Below, in pieces: positions 39,539 through 48,152 of a stretch of DNA of 64,000 nucleotides. The notes under the pieces are model-generated. The model saw only the letters and a list, made by a program, of their open reading frames with translations. It was not told the origin of the DNA and ran no database searches. Source of the stretch: Trueperaceae bacterium (lineage in GTDB: Bacteria > Deinococcota > Deinococci > Deinococcales > Trueperaceae); the NCBI GenBank assembly GCA_965213925.1, contig OZ243927.1:3072001-3136000 (forward strand), written 5' to 3'. The first letter of the stretch is position 1, and the number at the start of each line of letters is the position of its first letter. A program made the translations under genes and the position numbers.

Positions 39539-41566
39539 TTACTGACCTTCTTGCGGCGCTTCCTCTTGTGTATTCTCTCCAGCAGGAACAAGCTCGGTGT
39601 CGTTGGGAACGTCAACTTGCTCCTCCGGTCCTGCCGCGTCCCCGCCTTCACCCTCAGCATTATCACCAGTGCCGGGCGCGCCCTCCTGCGCGCCGCCTGT
39701 CGCTTCGTCCTGCGCGGGTACGAGCAAATTCTCGACGGTGACCTCTTCGCGCAAACCGCCCAGCCACGTTTGGCGCAGCTCTTCACGGTTGTTCGCGAGC
39801 ACCGTGTCGCGCACCTGGTTGCGCACCTCTTCCAAAGGAAGTACGCGCTCGGGGATGCGGGTCGCGACGAGCACGACGTAGGTTTGCGAAACGCCCGGTG
39901 CAGCGCCGCCCGTCTCAGCGCCGCCTGTACCGCCGCCCGTCTCGGAACCGCCCGTTTGCGCGTCCGCGGGTTGGGCGATGGTGAGGACGCCGGAGACCTC
40001 GACTTCCGAAGAGGCGTTGAGCGCCGTGAAGTCGCCCGACTCGAAGTTGAATAACGCCTGGTCAACGACCTCTTGCGTCTCACCAGGTGAGACTGGACCG
40101 AGGCGGGCCACTTCGCCGCCCGCCGCGTCCGCCGCCACGTCTACGGAGCCTCTGTCCACGTTTTCGTTTTCTAAAAGCGCCTGCCTGAAGCTCTGCGCTG
40201 ACGCCTCGTCGGAGAAGTTGACGCGCGTCGCCACCGCCACAGCGCTTTCGGTAAAGCGCCCTAAATTCGCGTCGTAGTATTCCTGAATCTGCGCGTCGGT
40301 CACCTCGGCGTCGCGGCTCACGAAGCTCAGCGCGCTCTGCGCCACGCCTGCAGGCGGTCCGACGAAGTTGCCGTCTAAAGCGGCCGCGCCCTGCGCCGCA
40401 AGTTCACGCTCGATGAGCTGCTCTAAGAAGGTCGGCTTAAAGAAGTTAGCTACGGTGTCGGCGTTTGTCGGGTTCAAGAACCCCTGCACCTGCGGGTTGA
40501 GATAGGTCTCCTCCGCGAGCGCCACCGCGCTGATTTCGTCCTCGCCGACGTAAGCGACAGGCGGGTTGTCGTAGCTGTACGCGCCGCCCGGCTCGATGTT
40601 CGCTTCGTCTCTTAGGGTCTCTAAGGTCTGCGCTTGAATGCCCGCTTCCTTGGCAAGTTGCGCGTCTTCGCGCACCTCGCCCTGCACCTCGTCGAAGGGC
40701 TGCTGCTCGGGCGGCGTGAAGTTTTCGACCTTGACGATGTGGTATGCGCCGCCCGCTTGCACGGGGCGCGTGACGCCCGGACCTTGCAATCCGAACGCGG
40801 CGTCAGCAACAGGCGTCGGCAGCGCGACGCGCCCGACAGGGCGCGGCTCCGGCTCGCCCTGCGCCGCGCCGAGTGCGCCCCCTTGCTCGGCGCGCTCGGC
40901 CGAAAACTCCCGCGCTAAGCTGGCGAAGTCTTCGCCCGCTCTCGCTCTCGCGAAGAGGTCGTTGGCGAGCGCTTCGTCCGTGACGACGATCTCGCGCGCC
41001 GTGATCTGTGGGTCAGACGTATACGCGGCTCTGTTGGCTGCGAAAAAGGTCTGCACCTCTTCGTCCGTGACTTCAACGTCTTCGACTAAACGCTCTAGGT
41101 ATTTCTCCTGCTTGAGCTGTTGCCGGATCAGCTCGCGAAAGGTCGCGTCGGTGTAGCCCGCGCCGCCGATGAGGTTCTGGTAGGCGCGGTCGTTGCTGGA
41201 GCCCGCTACGCCGCGCGCCTCGCGGAACTCGTTGACTTCGGCTCTCACCTCGCCGCGCGACACGTTCACGTCCGCCGCCGCTTGGCGCAACACCTCGTTC
41301 TGGATGAGCTGGTCGAAGGCGAGCCGCTCCAAGTCCTCGGCGACGGGTCCCTCTTGCACCGCGTTAAAGGGCGGGTTTTGCTGCAGGCGGGCCAGCTCGA
41401 GTTCGGTGATCGGCTCCCCGTTGACCTCGAGCGCCGTCGCCCCGCTCTGCGGTCCCTGGTTGCCGCCGAAAAACGTTCCCGGCGTAAAAGCGATGACCAT
41501 ACTGACGAGCAGCCCGATCGAAATAACCCATAAAATAATGGCGTTGGTTCTCTTGCTTAACTTCAT
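39539..41566 (-). CDS. SurA/PpiD-like parvulin peptidyl-prolyl isomerase chaperone
   Basis: N-terminal TM, SurA-N region (VNGEPI), parvulin motifs GEDFASLAREFS..GGALG and YHIVKV, plus a second degenerate domain. Confidence 0.85.
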   Translation of the reverse strand: MKLSKRTNAIILWVISIGLLVSMVIAFTPGTFFGGNQGPQSGATALEVNGEPITELELARLQQNPPFNAVQEGPVAEDLERLAFDQLIQNEVLRQAAADVNVSRGEVRAEVNEFREARGVAGSSNDRAYQNLIGGAGYTDATFRELIRQQLKQEKYLERLVEDVEVTDEEVQTFFAANRAAYTSDPQITAREIVVTDEALANDLFARARAGEDFASLAREFSAERAEQGGALGAAQGEPEPRPVGRVALPTPVADAAFGLQGPGVTRPVQAGGAYHIVKVENFTPPEQQPFDEVQGEVREDAQLAKEAGIQAQTLETLRDEANIEPGGAYSYDNPPVAYVGEDEISAVALAEETYLNPQVQGFLNPTNADTVANFFKPTFLEQLIERELAAQGAAALDGNFVGPPAGVAQSALSFVSRDAEVTDAQIQEYYDANLGRFTESAVAVATRVNFSDEASAQSFRQALLENENVDRGSVDVAADAAGGEVARLGPVSPGETQEVVDQALFNFESGDFTALNASSEVEVSGVLTIAQPADAQTGGSETGGGTGGAETGGAAPGVSQTYVVLVATRIPERVLPLEEVRNQVRDTVLANNREELRQTWLGGLREEVTVENLLVPAQDEATGGAQEGAPGTGDNAEGEGGDAAGPEEQVDVPNDTELVPAGENTQEEAPQEGQ

Positions 41567-41720
41567 CCTTTTGTCGTCCTCCTAAAAATACTAGCGCCCA
41601 ACATGCTACTAGCGTTTACGCGCTAGAAATGATACCTTTAGAGAGCTAGAGATGATACCTCTAGGTACGCCGTAGCGGTAAACTATAGATACTACCTCTA
41701 GCAGCTTACCTCTAGCCTAT

Positions 41721-41794
41721 GCGCCCGTAGCTCAGCCGGATAGAGCGTTCGCCTCCGGAGCGAAAGGTCGCAGGTTCGAATCCTGCCGGGCGCA
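41721..41794 (+). tRNA. tRNA-Arg(CCG)
   Basis: Acceptor stem GCGCCCG/CGGGCGC, D-arm TAGCTCAG.GGATAGAGC, anticodon loop CT-CCG-GA, T-loop GGTTCGAATCC. CCA not encoded. Confidence 0.96.
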
Positions 41795-42048
41795 CTTCTT
41801 TTCCTGAAACTACCTGTTTATCCTAAAACTACCCGTAGAAAGCTCCAGCAGACTCACGCCAAACAGAGAAGAGTCTAACACGCCCGTCTCCCTCAAAGGC
41901 TAAAGGGAGACTGAGAATGTGTTCGTAATTTCTTCACATTTGGCAGTCTTACGTAAGCTCGAGTTCTCTGCGGATTTAAGATTTACGGGAAGACTTTAGC
42001 AATGAGTTCCGAGCAATGAGTTGAAAGGTTTTAACTCACTACTCACCG

Positions 42049-42105
42049 TTTCGCATCTGCGAAAACTTCGTAATCGTTCCTTTCGCATTCGCGAAAACTA
42101 CGTAA
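42049..42105. repeat. Direct repeat of a palindromic 25-mer, 32-bp period
   Basis: TTTCGCATCTGCGAAAACTTCGTAA and TTTCGCATTCGCGAAAACTACGTAA. Confidence 0.7.
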
Positions 42106-42240
42106 GCGGAAGCTAAAGCCACCAGCTCGACTGGATTGCTTTTCACTCGTTACTTGCTTCAACGAACTACCGAATCCTCGAGCCTTCCTCCCGCAAACTT
42201 CTCAGGTTTATAGCCTACTCCGCAAATCTTATGTAAGCTG

Positions 42241-42266
42241 GGTTATGTACTAACGAGTACATAACC
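42241..42266. promoter_or_regulatory. TetR operator candidate (autoregulatory)
   Basis: Perfect 11-bp arms GGTTATGTACT-AACG-AGTACATAACC just upstream of a TATAGT -10 element and tetR. Confidence 0.8.
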
Positions 42267-42297
42267 TCTATAGTCCTTCTAAGAGAGGAGGGGAACT

Positions 42298-42873
42298 GTG
42301 GCGAGACCGCGCAAGTTCGACCGCAGCGAAGCGCTGGATAAGGCGATGCTGGTGTTCTGGCAAAAGGGCTACGAGGCGACCTTTTTGGACGACCTGACTC
42401 AGGCGATGGGCATCAACCGTCCGAGTTTGTACAACGCCTTCGGCGACAAGCACGCTCTCTATATGGAGGCGCTAGCACGCTACCGCGACCTGTACAGCGG
42501 CAAGATGTTAACGGCGTTAGAGCTTGCGCCTAGCGTCAAAGCGGGCTTTGCACGTATCTTTGATGACCTTATCGCCGAAGCTACCGAAGGCTGCTGCGCT
42601 GGCTGCATGATCGTTAATAGCACCGTCCAAACGTGCGCGACCAGCGAGAGCGTCGCTGCGTTCGTCAAGGAGACCGACACCGCGTCTAAACGCGCTTTTA
42701 CCGCCTTTCTAGCCGACGCGCAACGAAAGGGGGAGCTTTCGGGCAAAGACCCCCAAGCCTTAGCGCTCTACCTCTACAGCGCCATTGCCGGGCTACAACT
42801 ACGCGCTAAAGCGGGCGACCGCCAAGCGGAATTAGAGACTATCGCCCAACTCGCCTTAACCGTTTTGGACTAA
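42298..42873 (+). CDS. TetR/AcrR family regulator (ComR/NemR-like)
   Basis: MARPRKFD...AM.VFW.KGY..T..DL..AMGINRPSLY.AFGDK and GC.IVN motifs. Confidence 0.93.
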   Translation: MARPRKFDRSEALDKAMLVFWQKGYEATFLDDLTQAMGINRPSLYNAFGDKHALYMEALARYRDLYSGKMLTALELAPSVKAGFARIFDDLIAEATEGCCAGCMIVNSTVQTCATSESVAAFVKETDTASKRAFTAFLADAQRKGELSGKDPQALALYLYSAIAGLQLRAKAGDRQAELETIAQLALTVLD

Positions 42874-42893
42874 ACTTTTTTATTTAGTAGTTT

Positions 42894-42909
42894 TGTACTC
42901 AAAAGTACA
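42894..42909. promoter_or_regulatory. Second TetR operator candidate before the SDR gene
   Basis: TGTACT-CAAA-AGTACA, the same core as 42241-42266, abutting the AAGGAG RBS. Confidence 0.7.
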
Positions 42910-42920
42910 TAAGGAGATAT

Positions 42921-43667
42921 ATGCAGTTACAGGACAGAGTCGCCGTGATTACCGGGGGCAACAGCGGTATCGGTCTGGCATCGGCGCAAGCGTTGGCGAA
43001 TTTAGGTGCGAAAGTCGTCATTTCAGGACGCGACGAAGAGGCGTTAGCGAGGAGTGTGGAACAAATAAGCGGCGAAACGCTCGCCGTACGCGCCGACGTA
43101 ACCAAGCTAGATGATTTGGATGGTCTCTTCGAAAGGACAGCGCGCACCTTCGGCAAGGTTGACATCCTCTTCATCAACGCAGGGTTGGTCATCTTTGATT
43201 CCTTAGGCGAAATGAGCGAAGAAAACTTCGACACGGTCATGAACACGAACTTCAAAGGCGCGTACTTTACGGTGCAAAAAGCGCTACCTTACCTCAACGA
43301 CGGGGCGTCCATTATCTTAAACACCTCCATCAACGCACATATCGGAATGCCCGGCTCAACGGTATACGCCGCCAGTAAAGCCGCCTTATCGAGCCTGATT
43401 CGCACCCTCTCGGCGGAGCTTTTAGAGCGCAAGGTCCGCGTGAACGCGGTGAGCCCTGGTCCTATAGAGACGCCCATCTTCGGCAAGCTCGGCATGGACG
43501 AGGCGCAGACGCAGGAGATGGCGGTAGGCATCTTGGAGCAAATTCCTATCGGGCGCTTTGGCAAACCCGAAGAAATTGCCAACATCGTCGCCTTTCTAGC
43601 CTCGGATGACGCGCCCTTCATCGTGGGCACGGAAATCACGGCGGACGGGGGGATGAGCCAGCTCTGA
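42921..43667 (+). CDS. Short-chain dehydrogenase/reductase
   Basis: TGGNSGIG, NAG, YAASK and VSPGPI motifs. Confidence 0.93.
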   Translation: MQLQDRVAVITGGNSGIGLASAQALANLGAKVVISGRDEEALARSVEQISGETLAVRADVTKLDDLDGLFERTARTFGKVDILFINAGLVIFDSLGEMSEENFDTVMNTNFKGAYFTVQKALPYLNDGASIILNTSINAHIGMPGSTVYAASKAALSSLIRTLSAELLERKVRVNAVSPGPIETPIFGKLGMDEAQTQEMAVGILEQIPIGRFGKPEEIANIVAFLASDDAPFIVGTEITADGGMSQL

Positions 43668-43734
43668 TGACCTAATACTGCCTAGCCTCTTTGAGTTTCG
43701 CACAATCATCTTTCTTGGCGAGGGAATGCGCGGC

Positions 43735-43775
43735 GTAGGGTCACCTCTATACATCACTGTATGAATCGACCCTAC
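43735..43775. repeat. Degenerate GTAG REP copy
   Basis: GTAGGGTC...ATGAATCGACCCTAC, preceded by a GAATGCG..CGGC flank like that of the 11204 copy. Confidence 0.55.
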
Positions 43776-43851
43776 TGAACTTGCCTCCTTCTATAACTTT
43801 TCCAGCAAGGTCTAGCAGTGTAAAGTAATTCGGCGGCGAGGAGAGGCACGC

Positions 43852-44367
43852 TCACCAAGACGGCAGCGTCCTCTCCTCTGGCTCTATCCAAGGTTGCGGC
43901 ACGAGGATGCCTTCGCCGCCTAGTACTTCTACGCTTTCGCCTTCGATGCGTAAAGAAACGCGCTCTATGTCCGCCGGCTGTGACAGCGTGTAAAAAAGCT
44001 GGTTGAGCCGCCCCAGCATCGACGCGGTGCCGCCCCCCTGGGCGAACTCAGTCGAGAGATCAACAGTGACGGTATTGGCCGCTAGCTCGAGCCCCCTCAC
44101 CTCTGTGTCGGCTGGAAAGGCGCTCGAGAGCCCCGCCTCGTCCGTTCCCTCGATCAACGCCTGTAGCGCCGCTTCTAACCTCGCCTCGGGCGTGTCCGCG
44201 TCGAAGCGGCGGCGCACGCTCTCCAGGGTGAAGGTCGTCTCCTGCGATTTGACGTAGTAGACGATGCTGTTAGGAAGCCGGTTAAGCATCCGAATGGTAA
44301 TTGCAGAAACGAGGATGAGGAGCAAGAGAAGGGCGAGCGCGGCGACACGTAGAGCGATGGTACGCAT
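43852..44367 (-). CDS. GerMN domain protein, membrane-anchored
   Basis: N-terminal TM, AL..LI.G, VDLS.EF..GGG...L.QL.YTL and V.L.IEG patterns. Confidence 0.88.
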   Translation of the reverse strand: MRTIALRVAALALLLLLILVSAITIRMLNRLPNSIVYYVKSQETTFTLESVRRRFDADTPEARLEAALQALIEGTDEAGLSSAFPADTEVRGLELAANTVTVDLSTEFAQGGGTASMLGRLNQLFYTLSQPADIERVSLRIEGESVEVLGGEGILVPQPWIEPEERTLPSW

Positions 44368-44452
44368 AAAGGCACGCTATCACCCTACGCGGTGACGTCA
44401 AGATGGAATTTTTATAGTATCGCCAACCTCAGCGTAGGCGAAACCACCAACC

Positions 44453-45859
44453 CTAGTTACTCGCCTCATCATCGGCGAGTCGCGCCGCCTCTTCCGCAAA
44501 GAAGCGGTACGAGTTGTCGTCGGGGACGAGCGCTAGGGCGCGGCGGTAGTCGCTCGCGGCGGCGCTGTATTCGCCCCTGTCGAAGTGGATGCGCCCGAGC
44601 CACGCCCACGCATCGGCGTAGGTCGAACGCGCCGCGACTGCCGCTTCAAACGCCGTTTGCGCCGCCTCTAAGTTCGCGTTTTGGTAGGCGCTGACGCCCC
44701 GGTTAAAGGCGCTCGAGGCTTCCGCCCCGTAGCCGCTCTGGTTGCGGGCGAGTTCGAGGAAGTAGGCGGCCCTGGTGTCGTCAGGGTTGAGTTGGGTGAC
44801 GCGCTCCCAGAACGGGACCGCTTGCTGCGGCAGACCCGCCTCTTGGTAGCTCCGCGCCGCCCACGACGCCGCCTCCGCGTACTGCGGATTGGCGCGGCTC
44901 GCCGCTGCGAAGGCGTCACCGGCTTCTTCCAGAGCGCCCTCGTTGTAGAGGCGCATCCCCTCCTGAAAAGTCAGCACCGCCTCTACACCCCACTCGAGCT
45001 GGTCATCTGCTCGCGCGATGAAGTAGCGCGCGCGGCTCTCTTCGGGGTCGAGTTCCAGGACGCGCTGCCAGTATTCCTTCGCCTCTTCGGAAAGCCCAAG
45101 TTCCAAACTCGTGCGCCCTGCCCAAACGAAGGCTTGCTTATAGTCGGGGTTCGCCTGCACTGCCTCCTCGAAGAGGGTGAGCGCGTCCTCTAAGCGCTCT
45201 TCATTGTAAGCTTGCAGACCTCTCTGAAAGGCGCTACCTGCGGCTGCGCCGAACTCGAGCTGCCCCTCAGTTTGCGCCAGATAAAACTGCACGCCTTCGT
45301 CGTCCGGTGAGAGTTCGGCGGCAGCCTGCCAGTAGGAAAGCGCCCGCTCGGGCTCGCCCTGCTCTAAATAGATACGTCCGAGCCAGACGTTCGGCACGGC
45401 GTTTTGCGCGTCGAGCGCCAAGACCTCTTCGAAATAGGTCGCCGCGCCCGTCGGGTCGCCTGCGTTGTAGCGGGCGTAGCCGAGTTGAGTGCCCACCTCG
45501 AGCAAATCAGCTAGGAGGGCGTCGTCAAGTGCGCCGCCCGCCTCCAGGTACCGCTGCCCGTAGCCCCACGCGCGCACGTGCCAGGAGAGGTCGCTGTACG
45601 TACGGGTGAGGAAGCGGAGCGCCTCGGGCGCGTCCGGCTCGAGCCGCAAGGCCCGCTCGCCCGCTCGAATCGCCTCGCGCCACAGCGGTTGGTCGGGGCT
45701 GTTCGCGCCCGCGTACGTCGCCCGGGCCTCCTCAGCCGCCGCCCGTCCCTCTTGCAAAGCCGTGAGCGCCTCGCCGCTGAGTTGCGCCGCCGCCCCGTTT
45801 AGACCGAGTAGCGTCAGTAGAATGAGAAGCTTATTCAGATGGCGTCTTGACAAAAACAT
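44453..45859 (-). CDS. Secreted tetratricopeptide repeat protein
   Basis: Signal peptide plus many TPR units ending (L/N)xP(D/E). Confidence 0.85.
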   Translation of the reverse strand: MFLSRRHLNKLLILLTLLGLNGAAAQLSGEALTALQEGRAAAEEARATYAGANSPDQPLWREAIRAGERALRLEPDAPEALRFLTRTYSDLSWHVRAWGYGQRYLEAGGALDDALLADLLEVGTQLGYARYNAGDPTGAATYFEEVLALDAQNAVPNVWLGRIYLEQGEPERALSYWQAAAELSPDDEGVQFYLAQTEGQLEFGAAAGSAFQRGLQAYNEERLEDALTLFEEAVQANPDYKQAFVWAGRTSLELGLSEEAKEYWQRVLELDPEESRARYFIARADDQLEWGVEAVLTFQEGMRLYNEGALEEAGDAFAAASRANPQYAEAASWAARSYQEAGLPQQAVPFWERVTQLNPDDTRAAYFLELARNQSGYGAEASSAFNRGVSAYQNANLEAAQTAFEAAVAARSTYADAWAWLGRIHFDRGEYSAAASDYRRALALVPDDNSYRFFAEEAARLADDEASN

Positions 45860-45961
45860 CCCCACCATTGTAGCGCCTTAGCGCCCTCTAACGATGTGAT
45901 ACATGTGAAGTTTTTAATTCTCGAGACGCCGAGCCACCCCAACGTGAAGACTCGCTCGACC

Positions 45962-46471
45962 TCAGCCTCTCAACCTCACAGCCACGTTCTCTACAACCTC
46001 TTCTAATGGAGGTGAGATGTCTACGCGCACGGCGTCGCCAGGGTCGGGTTCTTCCAACGCTTCGAACTGACTCTTTAGCATCTCCGTTTTCATGAAGTGA
46101 CCTTCTCTGGCTTGCATCCGCTCCTGGATGAGTTCGAAGCTTCCCTCCAGGTAGACGAACCCTACGCGCCTGTCCACTCGGAGTCGCTCGCGGTAGCGCT
46201 CTTTAAGCGCGGAGCAGGCGAGAATTAGCCGCTCGTCTTTCTCCAGATGCTCGTCGATAATTTCGCGCAGCCGCGTCAGCCAGGGCGCGCGGTCGCTGTC
46301 GTCTAAGGGCTCACCGCGCGACATCTTCTCGACGTTCGCCTCGGGGTGAAAGTCGTCCGCGTCGAGGAAATGCCAGCCCAAACGCTCAGCCAGACCCTTG
46401 CCGACAGCGGATTTGCCGGAACTGGAAACGCCCATCACGACGTAAACACGCTTTTCCTCTAAATGCATCAT
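45962..46471 (-). CDS. gntK: Gluconokinase (GntK/IdnK family)
   Basis: MGVSSSGKS, DADDFHP..N..KM..G.PL.D.DR.PWL, ACSALK and SQFEALE motifs. Confidence 0.92.
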   Translation of the reverse strand: MMHLEEKRVYVVMGVSSSGKSAVGKGLAERLGWHFLDADDFHPEANVEKMSRGEPLDDSDRAPWLTRLREIIDEHLEKDERLILACSALKERYRERLRVDRRVGFVYLEGSFELIQERMQAREGHFMKTEMLKSQFEALEEPDPGDAVRVDISPPLEEVVENVAVRLRG

Positions 46472-46591
46472 TCGTGAGGGCAGTCTAGCACAGGTGGTGC
46501 TGGAAGTAGGGAGCGGGAATTTAGGTTTCTTCTTGCGCCTCACTTCTGCCCCTCGCAATCCCGACTATTCCCATCGCTTTAATGCAAATTG

Positions 46592-46612
46592 AAATCATAA
46601 CGATTCCGATTT
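46592..46612. promoter_or_regulatory. Zur/Fur-family box at the ZIP promoter
   Basis: AAATCATAACGATTCCGATTT, 3 mismatches to AAATCGTAATNATTACGATTT, overlapping a TATAGT -10 element at 46612-46617. Confidence 0.65.
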
Positions 46613-46703
46613 ATAGTAACGGTGTCGGGTTGGCGCGGTCGCTGGTGGGTTGGATGTTCGCATGGTCTCGAGCCGACCCTTCATAAAACAAAAGGAGTTC
46701 TAG

Positions 46704-47447
46704 GTGGACATTTCAGTCTGGACCGTATTCTTCTACGCCTCACTCACGGCGGTGGCGACGGGATTGGGCGCGCTTCCCTTTTTCTTCATCAAAAAGGTCT
46801 CTAAACCCACGCTAGGCCTCGCCAACGCAGGCGCAGCCGGGCTGATGCTTGCGGCGAGCTTTAACCTCATCTACGAGGGACTGGCTTACGGAATGCCCCG
46901 CGTCGTGCTCGGCATCCTCCTAGGTCTCGCCTTTATCGTTGTGACTCGGTGGCTCTTAGAGCGGCGTGGCGGTGAGCCAGATATCGGTGAACTGCACGGT
47001 GCGGGGGCGCTCAGGGCGCTCCTCATCGTCGGGGTGATGACGCTGCACTCCTTTGCCGAGGGCATCGGCGTCGGCGTGTCGTTCGGGGGCGGGCAGGCGT
47101 TCGGCGTTTTTATCACGGCGGCGATTGCTTTGCACAACGTACCCGAAGGCTTGGCGATTTCGCTCGTGCTCGTGCCCGAAGGGGTCTCGGCGTGGCGGGC
47201 GGCGTTTTGGAGCGTGGTCTCGAGCCTCCCTCAACCCCTCTTAGCGGTGCCTGCCTACCTCTTCGTGGAGGTCTTCGAGCCCTTTTTGCCCGTCGGCTTA
47301 GGGCTCGCCGCTGGCGCGATGATCTGGATGGCGTTCTCCGAGCTTCTGCCCGAATCGCTGGAAAACGCGCCCGGCAACCAAGTCGGCATCGTCGTCACGG
47401 TGGCTGTCGCCGCGATGACCGTGTTTCAGGTGGTGCTGGGGGGCTAG
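46704..47447 (+). CDS. ZIP family metal transporter (ZupT/GufA-like)
   Basis: ATGLGALP, TLHSFAEG and ALHNVPEG motifs. Confidence 0.92.
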   Translation: MDISVWTVFFYASLTAVATGLGALPFFFIKKVSKPTLGLANAGAAGLMLAASFNLIYEGLAYGMPRVVLGILLGLAFIVVTRWLLERRGGEPDIGELHGAGALRALLIVGVMTLHSFAEGIGVGVSFGGGQAFGVFITAAIALHNVPEGLAISLVLVPEGVSAWRAAFWSVVSSLPQPLLAVPAYLFVEVFEPFLPVGLGLAAGAMIWMAFSELLPESLENAPGNQVGIVVTVAVAAMTVFQVVLGG

Positions 47448-47497
47448 ATATCACCTCTACGCCCAGTCTATGAATGCGAACCGGGCTAGGCTCAAGC

Positions 47498-47983
47498 ATG
47501 GCCGACCCACCTAAACCGCGTAAGAGGCGCGAAGACAGCGGCACCCGCAGGCTGACGAGGTTCAACGACCTAGCCGAGCGCGTCATCGCGATGGCGGTGG
47601 TGGGGATGCTCATCGTAGCGTCCGCCCTTATCCTGTGGGAGAGCGCTCTTGAACTGTGGCGCGGCCTTTCCGGGAGGGACGACTACTCGCTCACGACGGT
47701 GCTGTCCGACATCCTTTTGGCGCTGATGATCGCCGAGATCATCGGCACGGTTAGCTCGTTTTTGCGCGACGGCGCGTTTAACCCTATCCCTTTCCTCGTC
47801 GTGGGCATCATCGCGAGCGTGCGGCGGCTTTCTGTCATCAGCGCCGAGAGCACCGAGCTGCTGAGTTCGGGTAGCGAACTGCCCCTTTTCCTCCTCGTCG
47901 AGCTAGGCATCCTCGCCTTCACCATCGCAGTGTGCGCCTGGTCGATCAGCATCTTGCGCGAGAAGCGTTACGAGCAAGACTGA
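47498..47983 (+). CDS. Phosphate-starvation-inducible PsiE-like membrane protein
   Basis: 4 TMs with LL.LMIAEI..TV and PFLVVGIIASVRR motifs. Confidence 0.8.
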   Translation: MADPPKPRKRREDSGTRRLTRFNDLAERVIAMAVVGMLIVASALILWESALELWRGLSGRDDYSLTTVLSDILLALMIAEIIGTVSSFLRDGAFNPIPFLVVGIIASVRRLSVISAESTELLSSGSELPLFLLVELGILAFTIAVCAWSISILREKRYEQD

Positions 47984-48152
47984 AGGTGCGCCGCCCATAA
48001 GCAACCCAGCAGAAGTCAGAGGCAGCAGGGCGACATAAACTCGGTGAATGTGACTCGAGGCGCGCCGCGTCTGCTCACCACGCCTTGACCCCGCACGTTC
48101 GGGTGCGCTAGGGTGGAGAGCGGTCTTTTTAGAAGACGGCAAGGGACTTTAC

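Noticed and set aside
42049..42105. Mini CRISPR array
   Set aside because: Only two units with a 7-bp gap and no cas genes.
41795..43850. Integrative element at tRNA-Arg
   Set aside because: No integrase and no convincing duplication of the tRNA 3' end was found.
47984..48152. SRP (4.5S) RNA upstream of ffh
   Set aside because: It lacks the conserved CAGG..GGAAG.AGCAG helix-8 motif; the region looks like a promoter (TTGACC-N18-TAGGGT).
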